64,000 nt of DNA from Myxococcota bacterium (lineage in GTDB: Bacteria; Myxococcota_A; UBA796; CAJQPC01): positions 64,001 through 128,000 of the forward strand of contig JAZAMN010000016.1 in the NCBI GenBank assembly GCA_036229005.1, read 5' to 3'. This document shows, one piece after another, positions 1 to 11,857 of the stretch. The position numbers and the translations under genes were made by a program. How positions within the stretch are numbered: position 1 is the stretch's first letter; every line of letters starts with the position of its first letter. The notes beneath the pieces were generated by a model. The model saw only the letters and a program-made list of their open reading frames with translations. It was not told the origin of the DNA and searched no databases.

Positions 1-68
1 TGAACATGTACGGCGACTTCGAGAGCATCCGCGTCTGCGAGGTCTTCACCGCCCACAGCGACAAGTGA
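1..68 (+). CDS. 3' end of a gene entering the window (partial, ...NMYGDFESIRVCEVFTAHSDK*)
   Basis: Frame starting at base 3 has strong GC3 bias and ends at TGA 66-68, just before the next ORF; too short to assign a function. Confidence 0.45.
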   Translation, partial: NMYGDFESIRVCEVFTAHSDK

Positions 69-69
69 G

Positions 70-924
70 TTGAGCGCTCTGCTCCGAGCGCGGGGGGGCT
101 TCGGCCTCCCCGTCTCTGCTCTGGCCCTGCTCTCTCTGGGAGCGGGGCTGGTGGGCTCTGGCTGCACCCGCGGCACACCCACTGACAGCCAGCCCGCCGA
201 CGACACCCAGAGCACCGACACCGCCGGCGAGGACACCGGTCCGCAGGACTCCGATCCGCAGCCCACCGAGGACTGCGGCAACGGCCTCGACGACGACAGC
301 GACGGCCTGGTCGACTGCCTGGACCCGAGCTGCACCCTGGAGTGCGCCGAGGACTGCGAGAACGGCAGCGACGACGACGCCGACGGCCAGATCGACTGCG
401 ACGACAGCGAGTGCGCCGACGAGCCCCAGTGCCTGGGCGGCTACACCGTGAGCGCCGAGATCACCTTCCAGAGCCTGGAGCTCTCCTACGGCCCCGGCGT
501 GCAGGCGGAGCTGGGAGAGCCCGGGACCGCCCGCGCGACCGGGACCATCGCCTTGAGCGGCGTGGCCAACGACGACCAGGGCAGCGACTTTGCGTGCTCG
601 GGCAACCTGGTGGCCGAGCCCGTCGCCGAGGGCGGCTTCTTCGGCGCCTTCGCCGCGTCGGAGGCCGCCTGCGAGGGCTGCGACTACGGCATGACCATGG
701 TGCTCACGCCCCTGTGGCCGGGCGGCTGCCCGGTGATCACCCTGCCCAGCTTCAACGTGGCCGCCCAGGACGGCAAGGCCGGCCTCTACCTGCAGGACCC
801 CGACGGGAGCTGGCGCTACTTCTTCCGGGGCACCGGCACCTGGGGCGACCAGGACGACGACCGCGTGGCGGACATCGTGGACGCCGTCGGCCGCGAGCCC
901 CTGAGCTGGGTGGGCGACTACTGA
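70..924 (+). CDS. Lipoprotein with Cys/Asp-rich repeats (EDCxNGxDDDxDGxxDCxDxxC x2)
   Basis: Hydrophobic N-terminus ending GSG-C, Asp/Thr linker, two tandem Cys-Asp repeats. Confidence 0.75.
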   Translation: MSALLRARGGFGLPVSALALLSLGAGLVGSGCTRGTPTDSQPADDTQSTDTAGEDTGPQDSDPQPTEDCGNGLDDDSDGLVDCLDPSCTLECAEDCENGSDDDADGQIDCDDSECADEPQCLGGYTVSAEITFQSLELSYGPGVQAELGEPGTARATGTIALSGVANDDQGSDFACSGNLVAEPVAEGGFFGAFAASEAACEGCDYGMTMVLTPLWPGGCPVITLPSFNVAAQDGKAGLYLQDPDGSWRYFFRGTGTWGDQDDDRVADIVDAVGREPLSWVGDY

Positions 925-934
925 GCCTGGGCGC

Positions 935-1510
935 TCAGTAGACCGGCCCCAGCACCATGCGCGGGTCCGGGTAGCGCTGCAGGGCCTGCTCGCGCTCAGC
1001 GGGGTCCACGGCGCCCGGGAGATCGTGGGTCTCGGGGCGCTCCGTGCTGAGCTGGAAGTGCAGGTGCGGCGGCCAGCCGCCGTTCTCGTGGTGGTCGCCG
1101 ATCCAGCCGATGACCTCGCCGGCGCCGAAGGAGTCTCCGGGCTGGCGGAGGCCCAGAGTGCTGGCGGTGAGGTGCCCATGCAGGGCCCACAGCAGCGCCC
1201 CCTCGACCTCATGCTCCGTCACGACCACGTGCCCATAGTCCCCGGCGGCGGGGTTGTAGCCCTGGTGCAGGACGCGTCCGTCCGTGAAGGCGTGCACGGC
1301 GGTGCCCACGGGGGCGCCCAGGTCGATGCCCACGTGCAGGGTGCGGCGGCCGGCGAAGAGCTCGGTGGTGTACATGCCGGGGCGCAGCTCGTCGTAGCGC
1401 CCGATGGACCAGGGCGTGGGCGGCGCGGGCGGCGGGCCGGGCTGGGAGAGGTCCAGCAGGGTGGCCCAGGGGGGGAGCAGGACGACGGGGTGGAACACGG
1501 GGAGCTGCAT
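935..1510 (-). CDS. M23 family metallopeptidase (peptidoglycan DD-endopeptidase-like)
   Basis: C-terminal part of ORF 935..3301 from ATG 1510 (MQLPVFHP); HxxxD (HVGID), YGHVVVTEH and HLH zinc-binding motifs. Confidence 0.85.
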   Translation of the reverse strand: MQLPVFHPVVLLPPWATLLDLSQPGPPPAPPTPWSIGRYDELRPGMYTTELFAGRRTLHVGIDLGAPVGTAVHAFTDGRVLHQGYNPAAGDYGHVVVTEHEVEGALLWALHGHLTASTLGLRQPGDSFGAGEVIGWIGDHHENGGWPPHLHFQLSTERPETHDLPGAVDPAEREQALQRYPDPRMVLGPVY

Positions 1511-1555
1511 ACGGGTCCTATGGGATTGGGGTAGGTTGCCAGAAAGGAGCGCACC

Positions 1556-2140
1556 ATGCCGCTGTGGATCTTCCTGAGCCTGGCCTGCACCGGAGAGACC
1601 GGCAACGACACCCAGCCCGCCGACACCGAAGAGGCCGACGCCGACACGGACGCGGACACCGACGCCGACTCGGACACCGACTCCGACGCGGACACCGACG
1701 TGGTCCCGCCCGGCAACGCCTACTGGCTGGTGGACACGGACGCCGGAACGCTCGAGGTCGCGCTGGAGGCCACCCAGGGCCACTACCTGGAGTGCATTCG
1801 AGACGGCGACACCCTGGAGATGGTGTTCTCCAACAGCGTCCAGACGGCCAACGCCAACGCCAAGGTGCGCATCAAGGCCTGCCCCTACGCCAGCGGCACG
1901 CAGTTCAACGCGCCCTACGACGCGGGCTGTGGCAGCGCGACCATGGACATGAGCTGGACGGGCGACGACGGCACCTGGAACGCCGACCAGGACGCCGAGG
2001 GCCTGAACTGCAGCGTCACGATCAGCGACGACGGCACGGACTACAGCGGCAGCTTCGCGTGCAGCCCCATGACACAGCCCATCGGCTCGGACGGCTCGGT
2101 CAGCGTGAGAGAAGGCAGCTTCACCTGTCGTATGCAGTGA
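1556..2140 (+). CDS. Hypothetical lipoprotein with acidic (D-A/T/S)n linker
   Basis: AAGGAG RBS, MPLWIFLSLA-C lipobox, DADTDADSDTD repeat, beta-rich C-terminal domain with several Cys. Confidence 0.8.
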   Translation: MPLWIFLSLACTGETGNDTQPADTEEADADTDADTDADSDTDSDADTDVVPPGNAYWLVDTDAGTLEVALEATQGHYLECIRDGDTLEMVFSNSVQTANANAKVRIKACPYASGTQFNAPYDAGCGSATMDMSWTGDDGTWNADQDAEGLNCSVTISDDGTDYSGSFACSPMTQPIGSDGSVSVREGSFTCRMQ

Positions 2141-2194
2141 ATGGGGTGATCCTTCGGGGGCGCGCCTGCTAGGATTGGCGCCCCGGAGGTCCCC

Positions 2195-4831
<2,637 letters not shown>

Positions 4832-4905
4832 CACCCCAGCCGACCTGATTCCAGGCACTTGCACATGGCACGCCCCTTGCTCCCCTGCGGAGCCAGGGGG
4901 ACCCC

Positions 4906-5391
4906 ATGTTCACGCTGCTCCTGGGCCTGCTGGCCCGCCCGCCGGCCGCCGACTGCCGCCACCACCACGCCCTCTGCGCGCTGCTGGGCGAGCAGACCGG
5001 CGCCTTCCTGCGCGAGCTGTGGTGGCTGCGCCAGCTCAACCTGCGCGAGCCCGAGCTCCGCGCCGCCGTGGTCCGAACACGACGCAAGCACACGCCCCCC
5101 GCGCAGCCCTGGAGCCCCACCGGCCCGCTCCAGCTCCGCAGCTACACCTGGCGCGCCCACGGCGTCTCCGAGCAGCTCATCGTGGGGCGCTCCTGGGAAG
5201 AGCAGGACCCGGGCCGCTGGACCCCCTCGGCCCACCGCCTCTGCCTGGGGGTGCAGAGCACACGCCCGCTGACCTGCGCCAACGAGGACACCCTGACCTG
5301 GTCCCGCTGGCGGCCCGCTCGCGTGGAGCGCGCCTGGCTGGTCCGGGAGGACGGGGAGACCCTGGGACTGGCGGCTACGCCCTCCGAGTGA
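4906..5391 (+). CDS. Hypothetical protein
   Basis: ATG after AGGGGG; GC3-biased 161-aa ORF; its stop codon lies inside the first 31-bp repeat unit. Confidence 0.55.
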   Translation: MFTLLLGLLARPPAADCRHHHALCALLGEQTGAFLRELWWLRQLNLREPELRAAVVRTRRKHTPPAQPWSPTGPLQLRSYTWRAHGVSEQLIVGRSWEEQDPGRWTPSAHRLCLGVQSTRPLTCANEDTLTWSRWRPARVERAWLVREDGETLGLAATPSE

Positions 5392-5638
5392 GCGAAACCG
5401 GAGGCTACGCCACCTGAATGAGCGGTCTTCTGAGGCTACGCCCCACCGGTGAGCGATCCGCCCACCGATCTGCCCTCGAGAGGCCCAGATCGGCCCCAAA
5501 TCGGGTCCAGAACGGCCCAGATCCGGGCTCTGGGGCCCAAGATCCAGCGCGAAGCGCTCACTGAGCACCCCTAGCCAAAAAACATCGCTCATTGAAGGCC
5601 GCTAGCCACCCCCCTGCGCTCATTGACCCCCCGTAGCC
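5373..5638. repeat. Convergent array of bipartite motif GGCTACG-N7-RRTGAGCG, 3 direct + 3 inverted units, 30-31 bp period
   Basis: Direct units start at 5373, 5403, 5434; inverted units start at 5555, 5586, 5617; ~100-bp central spacer. Confidence 0.85.
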
Positions 5639-5653
5639 ACCTCTGACTGGGTC

Positions 5654-5795
5654 TCAGGCATCAGGTATCAGGCGTCAGTCCGACACCCAGCGGTCCACCT
5701 GCAGCGCCGACGCCCCCACAAGTCGGCTGCCACCACCGCCCCGAGCCAGCACGCCTGCCATCGGCGGTTCCCGGTCGCCGGTCGCCGGTCGCCGC
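5654..5795. repeat. Heptamer short tandem repeats (TCAGGYA-type, CCGGTCG x3) in intergenic region
   Basis: tcaggca-tcaggta-tcaggcg near 5654-5674; ccggtcg x3 at 5771-5791; related repeats at 13361-13447, 14573-14600, 52524-52716. Confidence 0.7.
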
Positions 5796-5870
5796 GGCCC
5801 ATCATCGCGAGGCCGCTCGCCTCGGGGCCAACGCGAGCTGATCTCCGGCGGGCCGGTCACCGCCCGCCCT

Positions 5871-7700
5871 TCACTCCCCCTCCGACTCCTGCAGCGCCGC
5901 CCAGATCCTCTGCGCCGACCCCGCCCCGATCCCCGGCACCTGGGCGATCTCATCCGCGCTGGCCGCCTTCACCTTCTTGAGGCTCCCAAAGTGCGTCAGC
6001 AGCGCCTTGCGCCGCTTGGCCCCCACCCCCGGCAGGCCCTCCAGCATGCTGCCCAGCGCCGACTTGCGCCGCACACGCCGGTGGAAGCTGATCGCGAAGC
6101 GGTGGCTCTCGTTGCGGATGTGCCGCAGCACGTTGAGCGCGGGGTGGTTGTCCGGCAGGCGGATGGGCTCGTCCCAGTCGGGCAGGATGATCTTGTCCAC
6201 CGCGTCGAACTCGCCCCGGCGCTTCTCGGTGCGGGGCTTGGCCAGGCCGATCACGGGCTGGTCCTCCATGCCCAGGCCGGCCAGCACGTCCAACGCCACG
6301 TTGAGCTGCCCGCGCCCCCCGTCCACCACCAGCAGGTCGGGGAACACGCCCTCGTCGGCGGCCCGGCGGAAGCGGCGGCCCAGGACCTCGGCCATGCTGG
6401 CGTAGTCGTCCGGCCCCACGACCGTCTTGATGCGGTAGTGCCGGTAGTGCTTCTTGGCGGGGGCGCCGTCCAGGAACACCACGCAGCTCGCCACGGGGCT
6501 CTCGCCCTGGATGTTCGAGTTGTCCACGCACTCGATGCGGTGGGGGGGCGCGTCCAGCTCCAGCAGCTCGGCCAGGGCGCTCAGGGCGTAGTCCCGCCGC
6601 TCCTGGGCGCTGACCCGCCGGCGGTAGCGGTCCCGGGCGTTCTGGGCCGCCAGCTCCATCATCCGGGCCTTGTCGCCGCGCTGGGGCACCCGCACGACCA
6701 CCTTGGTGCCGCGGCGCTCACTGAGCACCTCGCTGAGGGCGTCGTGGTCCGCGGGGAGCTCGGGCAGCAAGATCTCCGGCGGTGGGAGGTCCTCGTCCGA
6801 GTAGAAGGCATTCACCCACCCGCTCAAGAGCTCGGCGGTCTCATCCCCCCGGCCCTCGAAGCGAAAGTGCGTGGGCTCCTTGATCTGCCCCTGCCGCACC
6901 GGCAGCACGCACACGTTGCCGCGGTCGCCCTCGCGGAAGAGCCCCCAGACGTCCCGCTCGCCCAGGCGCCGGTCCACCACCTTCTGCTGCTCCAGGGTGG
7001 CCTGGATCTCCCGGATCTGGTCCCGCAGCCGCGCGGCCTCCTCGAAGCGCTCGGCCTCGGCCGCCGCCAGCATGCGCTCCTGCAGGCGGTTCACCAGGTC
7101 CTGGCGCTTGCCCCCCAGCAGCAGCATGCTCTCGGCCACCAGGGCGTCGTAGTCCTCGCGGGTGGTCAGCCCCTCCACGCAGGGCCCCACACAACGGCCC
7201 ATCTGGTGCAGCATGCAGGGGGTCTTGCGGCTGGCCAGCACCTGGTCGCTGCAGGTGCGCAGAGGGAAGCTGCGCTGCAGCCAGGCCAGGGTGCGCCGGG
7301 CCTTCTGGGCGCTGGAGTAGGGGCCAAAGGTCTTCACCCCCGGCCGGATCTGACGCACCAGCGTGTAGCGCGGCCAGGGCGCCTTGGGGTCGATGGCCAG
7401 GTGCAGGAAGTTCTTGTCGTCCCGCAGCTTGACGTTGAAGGGCGGCCGGTGCTGCTTGATCAGCGAGTTCTCAAGGATCAACGCCTCTTTCTCGGTGTTG
7501 ACCACCACCACGTCGATGTCCGCCGCCTGGGCCACCATGTGGGGCACCATCACGCGCTCGTCGTTGCCGCTCAGGTACTGCCGCACGCGGGCGCGCAGGC
7601 TCTTGGCCTTGCCCACGTAGAGCACGTCCCCGCCGGCGTCCTTGAACAGGTACACCCCCGGTCGGGTGGGCAGCTTGCTGGCCTTGTCGTCCAGGCTCAC
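5871..7700 (-). CDS. uvrC: Excinuclease ABC subunit C
   Basis: GIY-YIG start (PGVYLFKD...YVGKAKSLR), Cys-rich region, UVR domain (FEEAARLRD), RNase H-like RIECVDNS/DGGRGQL, C-terminal HhH. Confidence 0.97.
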   Translation of the reverse strand: MSLDDKASKLPTRPGVYLFKDAGGDVLYVGKAKSLRARVRQYLSGNDERVMVPHMVAQAADIDVVVVNTEKEALILENSLIKQHRPPFNVKLRDDKNFLHLAIDPKAPWPRYTLVRQIRPGVKTFGPYSSAQKARRTLAWLQRSFPLRTCSDQVLASRKTPCMLHQMGRCVGPCVEGLTTREDYDALVAESMLLLGGKRQDLVNRLQERMLAAAEAERFEEAARLRDQIREIQATLEQQKVVDRRLGERDVWGLFREGDRGNVCVLPVRQGQIKEPTHFRFEGRGDETAELLSGWVNAFYSDEDLPPPEILLPELPADHDALSEVLSERRGTKVVVRVPQRGDKARMMELAAQNARDRYRRRVSAQERRDYALSALAELLELDAPPHRIECVDNSNIQGESPVASCVVFLDGAPAKKHYRHYRIKTVVGPDDYASMAEVLGRRFRRAADEGVFPDLLVVDGGRGQLNVALDVLAGLGMEDQPVIGLAKPRTEKRRGEFDAVDKIILPDWDEPIRLPDNHPALNVLRHIRNESHRFAISFHRRVRRKSALGSMLEGLPGVGAKRRKALLTHFGSLKKVKAASADEIAQVPGIGAGSAQRIWAALQESEGE

Positions 7701-7704
7701 GCGC

Positions 7705-7998
7705 TCAGCTCAGCCCCGGGCGGTTGTGCTTGTAGCGCTCGGCCAGCCAGCCCGCGTACCAGCTCGGCCAGTCGGCCCCCGGCGCCAGCGCCTTCTGGTC
7801 CAGATCGGCCTGCACCAGCAGGTACACCGTCATGCTCTTGGTGAGCTGGGCCGAAAGCAGCTCGCCCAGGCGCGGGTGCAGCAGCTCGGCCATGATCAGC
7901 GGCCACTCCAGAGGGGCGGCGCCGTGGTCCTGCTCCATCTGTTGGCTCACCTCTCTGAGCAGGCCAGCGAGCTGCGCGATCCAGGCATCGGTGTCCAT
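7705..7998 (-). CDS. Small hypothetical protein
   Basis: 97-aa ORF coupled to the upstream sulfatase gene and 4 nt from the uvrC start. Confidence 0.7.
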   Translation of the reverse strand: MDTDAWIAQLAGLLREVSQQMEQDHGAAPLEWPLIMAELLHPRLGELLSAQLTKSMTVYLLVQADLDQKALAPGADWPSWYAGWLAERYKHNRPGLS

Positions 7999-9140
7999 CA
8001 GCGAGGTGCTCCTTGCGTGGTGTAGCCCAGCGCCGCGCCCTTCTCCAAGTCGCCGGGCAGCGCGCCGGCCTCGGGTCGGGGGTAGCCCTCCAGCGCGCGC
8101 GCCAGCATGGGGTCACCATAGCCCCCGACGCCCGGCCGATCGCGGTACATGCCGCCGGCCTCGCCGAACGCCACGCGGTCCTTGCCCAGCACGCCCTCGG
8201 GGCTGCAGCCGGGCGCGCACTGCGCCTCACAGAGGCCGGACTCGCCCAGCCAGACCTCGCGGGTGGAGAGATCCAGCACGCCGCGCGTGGGGGCCTGGAC
8301 CCCAGAGAGGTGCAGCAGGGTGTCCCGAAGATCCGTCAGCCCCACCATGTCATCCCGGACCCCGGGCTGGACGCTGGGCCCGGAGACCACCATGGGCACC
8401 CGCAGGACCATGGGGCTGGAGGACACCGCGTGGCGCCAGGAGCAGGGCTCTTCGGTCAGGACCTCGCCGTGGTCGGCGGTGAGCACGATGTGCGCGCCCC
8501 GCTGTTGCGCGGCGGTGTAGAGCGGGCCCAGGATGCGGTCGGCGGCGTGGACCTCGCCCCGGTAGTTGAGGACCTCGGGGTCGGGGGCGGGCTGCTTGGA
8601 GGCGGCGGCCAGGTCGGCGGCCGGCGGCGTGTAGGGGCCGTGGGGCTCGTAGACATGCACCCAGGCGAACCACGGGCCCTGCTGCTCCGCGATCCAGGCA
8701 AGCGCCTCGTTGACGGCGAGCTCCCCGCTGCGCTCCCCCTGCTCCGGTCCGGAGAACACATCAAAGCCCTGGTCCAGGCCGGCGTCCCCGGCGACCGGGT
8801 AGGCACTCACGAAGCCCCCCGTCGCGATCCCCTGGGCCTGCAGCGTCTCCGCCACGGTCTCGAAGGAGGGAGCGAGCTGGTAGCCATGGTGGTTGTTGCC
8901 CCGAACACCGTGCACCGGGGGGAGCAGCCCCGTGAACAGGCTCGCGTGCGCCGGCGAGGTCAACCCGATGGGGCTCCACGCGTTGCGGAAGCTCAGCCCG
9001 CCGTCCGCGAGCGCCCAGGCGTTGGGGCTCCAGTCGGGGTGCAGGCTGTCGCTGCGCCAGGTGTCGACGGTCACCAGCAGCACCCCTGGGGGGGCCGGCG
9101 GGGGCTTGGGCTGGCAGGCCAGCAGCAGGGTCAGGAGCAT
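7998..9140 (-). CDS. Sulfatase-like / alkaline phosphatase superfamily lipoprotein
   Basis: LLA-C lipobox; LLVTVDTWRSD, TSPAHASLFTG, WVHVYEPHGPY, TADHGE motifs. Confidence 0.88.
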   Translation of the reverse strand: MLLTLLLACQPKPPPAPPGVLLVTVDTWRSDSLHPDWSPNAWALADGGLSFRNAWSPIGLTSPAHASLFTGLLPPVHGVRGNNHHGYQLAPSFETVAETLQAQGIATGGFVSAYPVAGDAGLDQGFDVFSGPEQGERSGELAVNEALAWIAEQQGPWFAWVHVYEPHGPYTPPAADLAAASKQPAPDPEVLNYRGEVHAADRILGPLYTAAQQRGAHIVLTADHGEVLTEEPCSWRHAVSSSPMVLRVPMVVSGPSVQPGVRDDMVGLTDLRDTLLHLSGVQAPTRGVLDLSTREVWLGESGLCEAQCAPGCSPEGVLGKDRVAFGEAGGMYRDRPGVGGYGDPMLARALEGYPRPEAGALPGDLEKGAALGYTTQGAPR

Positions 9141-9159
9141 GGGCGCTGACTAACCCGCC

Positions 9160-11016
9160 TCACTCGGCGAGGGCGCCCTCCAGCACCAGGCGCAGCTCCT
9201 CGATGTCGTGGACGTTGTTGTAGTAGAGCAGCTTGCCCTGGGCGTCGACCACGTAGGTCTGGGGGTAGGCCGCCGTGGGGAACGCCATGGTCTGCTGGTA
9301 CTGGCCCTGCACCTTGCGGCCCGGATCCACCAGGATGGGCAGCGAGAGGTCGAAGGCCTCCCGGAACTCGCCCAGGAGCTGGGGGTCCTCGTCGGAGATG
9401 GCCCAGAAGCTGACCTGATCGCCCAGCTCGGGGACCAGGATGTCGTCGATGTCCGAGACCTCGGACGGACACACCGGTCACCAGGTGGCGAAGTAGGCCA
9501 ACACCACCGGGTGGCCAAGCTGGTCGCTCAGGCTGTGGCTGTTGCCGTCCAGGTCCTGCAGCACAAAGTCGGGGGCGGGCTGGCCGATGACCGGGTCGTC
9601 CACGCCCGCCTCGATCTCGGCGGTGAACAAGGGCTGGTCGCTGTCGTTGGAGGCCACACAGAGCCCGCCCCGGAAGCCCTCGCCGCCCCCGTAGCTCAGG
9701 CGCAGCCAGCCGACCTCGCCCGGCGCCAGGCTCAGGGAAGAGGCTTCGACCGTCACCCCGCCGTCGGCGCTCGCGCCGCGCAGCTCCAGGGTGTCGCTGC
9801 CCAGGTTCTGGATGCGCAGGGTCTGGGTGCCGCCGTCCACCGGCAGGATGAAGCGGTCGCCCGGCATCTCCAGGTGGGGCGCCTTCACGCTGGGGTCCAC
9901 GGCCACGCTGCGCAGGTAGTTCCAGTCGCCCACGTAGCCTTGGGTGCCCTCGCCCAGGATGCTCAGGGCGAACTGGTCGGTGATCTCCCGGGCCACGGGC
10001 TGCGGGTCCGCGGGGTCGGACACGTCCCAGACCGCGATGCCCTCATTGTCCGCGATCCACAGCAGGCCGCTGTCCGCGCTGGTCATGACCGCGGAGCCGC
10101 CCACCGGGATCAGGGCGACCTGGGTGGGGGCCAGGGGGTCGCTGGTCTCGAACACCGCCACGCCGCCCGCGCCCACCGCGACGAACACCGCGCCGCCGTC
10201 CGCAGACACGTGCAGCGGCCCGCCGCCGTCGACCGGGACCGGCGTGCCCAGAGTGGCCGACTCGCCGCGCAGATCCAGGGGCACCAAGCCCAGAGCGGCG
10301 TCGGCGATGTAGGCCACCCCGTTGTGGGGCGCGGAGATCTCCCAGGGCGCGTCCAGCCCGGCCACGGTCTCCACCAACTCCAAGCGGTCGCTGCTCAGGT
10401 CGAACACTTCGACGCCAACGCCCCGGCGGGTGGTGTAGAGCAGCCCGTCGTGGAAGAGCAGGCCCTCGTAGCCCCAGCCGTTGGCGAAGTGCAGGGGCGT
10501 GACCGCGCTGGGGTCGCTCAGATCCACCAGCTCCAGCCCGCGGTCCCGGTGGCTCAGCACGACGCGCGTGTCCGAGGCCCACTCCGACTTGTAGTAGCGG
10601 CCCATGCGCTCGGGGAAGAAGGACGCGAACTGCGGGTCGCTGGGGTCGGAGACGTCAAAGGGCATCAGCCCGCCCTGGCCGGTGCCCAGGATCCAGTCCC
10701 CGCGCTTGTCCAGGTCCACGATCTCCGCGAAGGTCTCCCCGGGCACGTCCTGGCCCTTGTAGACCGCGGCCAGCTCCACCAAGGGGTCTCCGGCCAGGTC
10801 CGTGGGCGGCTCGCAGCCAGAGGCCAGGGCCTGCCACTGGATCGGCGTCCCGGTGTCCTCGCCGGTGTCATCCGGTGTCGAGGTGTCGTCGGGCCCACCG
10901 GTCTCGGCGGTGTCCCCACCCGTGTTGGCCGCCACGCACTCCTCCCCCACCAGCAGCTCCCCCTCTTGGCAGGGGAAGCGCTGACAGGCGGGCAGGGACA
11001 GGGCGAGCCACAGCAT
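9160..11016 (-). CDS. Predicted selenoprotein (618 aa): lipoprotein, LVIVD-type beta-propeller + Ig-like domain + redoxin (AhpC/TSA/TlpA-like) domain with UxxC motif; Sec codon at 9478-9480
   Basis: ORF 9478..11016 ends APDFVLQDLDGNSHSLSDQLGHPVVLAYFATW-TGA and the same frame continues P-V-C-PSEV... (ORF 9160..9474) completing the thioredoxin fold (AISDED, YPQTYVVDAQGKL). Confidence 0.88.
9451..9466 (-). promoter_or_regulatory. Candidate bacterial SECIS hairpin
   Basis: mRNA sense GUCCGA-GGUC-UCGGAC: 6-bp stem, loop starting with G, beginning 11 nt after the UGA. Confidence 0.7.
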
Positions 11017-11121
11017 CGTTCTGCTGATGCCTCGATCGGACGGAGGTTGCAGCCCTCATCCAAAAAGGCCGCCCATCCGATCCCCGGGTTGCGACGACCA
11101 CACCCAACACAGGAGCAGCGG

Positions 11122-11811
11122 ATGCTTGTCCTGCTTGCCGCAATGGCATGCCAGGTGGAGCCCGAGCCCGCAGCCGAGTTCCGGGACCCCACCCGGGACC
11201 TCCAGGCCGCCAGCTTGGCCCCCGCCATCGCCGCCACGGCCATTGACCCCCTGATCGAAGGGATCGTCTTTGGCGCCGTGGACCCCTCAGAGATCACCGT
11301 CACCTTTGGCGAGCCCGAAGACGAAGACGCCCTGGCCGAGCTCGAACAGACGCTGGAGCCGGAGGAGGAGATCGACCTCCACACCCGCTGGGAGGACGAC
11401 CAGCCCGCCCCCGAGCGCAAGGCCCAGAAGAAGATCAAGGCCCCGCCGGCCGCCTCCTCCAAGAGCGTCGGCTCCGTCCAGGCCAAGGATGGGCCGCAGA
11501 TCCACGTCGAGGGTGTGGAGATCAAGGCCGAGGCCAAGAAGCCCCTGAGCGTCAGCCAGGTCGTGCGCAAGCAGCGCGGCAAGGTGCAGTACTGCCACGA
11601 GACCGGCAAGACGCGCGACTCGCAGGTGCACGGGCGGATCACGGTGGCGTGGACCATCGCGGACGGGAAGGCCACCGACATCCAGATCCTGGACAACACC
11701 ACCGGCGACGACCTGATGGCCACCTGCGTGGCGCGGCAGGTGCGCACGATGCGCTTCCCCAAGGAGATGGCCGAGGAGGTCAACTACCCCTTCGTGTTCC
11801 AGCAGGGGTAG
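11122..11811 (+). CDS. Lipoprotein with C-terminal AgmX/PglI (TonB-C-like) domain
   Basis: AGGAG RBS, MLVLLAAMA-C; VVRKQRGKVQYCHE...GRITVAWTI...CVARQVRTMRFP...VNYPFVF. Confidence 0.82.
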   Translation: MLVLLAAMACQVEPEPAAEFRDPTRDLQAASLAPAIAATAIDPLIEGIVFGAVDPSEITVTFGEPEDEDALAELEQTLEPEEEIDLHTRWEDDQPAPERKAQKKIKAPPAASSKSVGSVQAKDGPQIHVEGVEIKAEAKKPLSVSQVVRKQRGKVQYCHETGKTRDSQVHGRITVAWTIADGKATDIQILDNTTGDDLMATCVARQVRTMRFPKEMAEEVNYPFVFQQG

Positions 11812-11857
11812 CGCCCCCGGCTCCGGGCGGTGTCCCAAGCACACGCCCGGAGTCCCC

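Noticed and set aside
9160..9474. 104-aa ORF as an independent gene, or the locus as a nonsense pseudogene
   Set aside because: It is the in-frame second half of a redoxin domain; the TGA falls exactly on the catalytic Cys position and has a SECIS-like hairpin, favouring Sec readthrough
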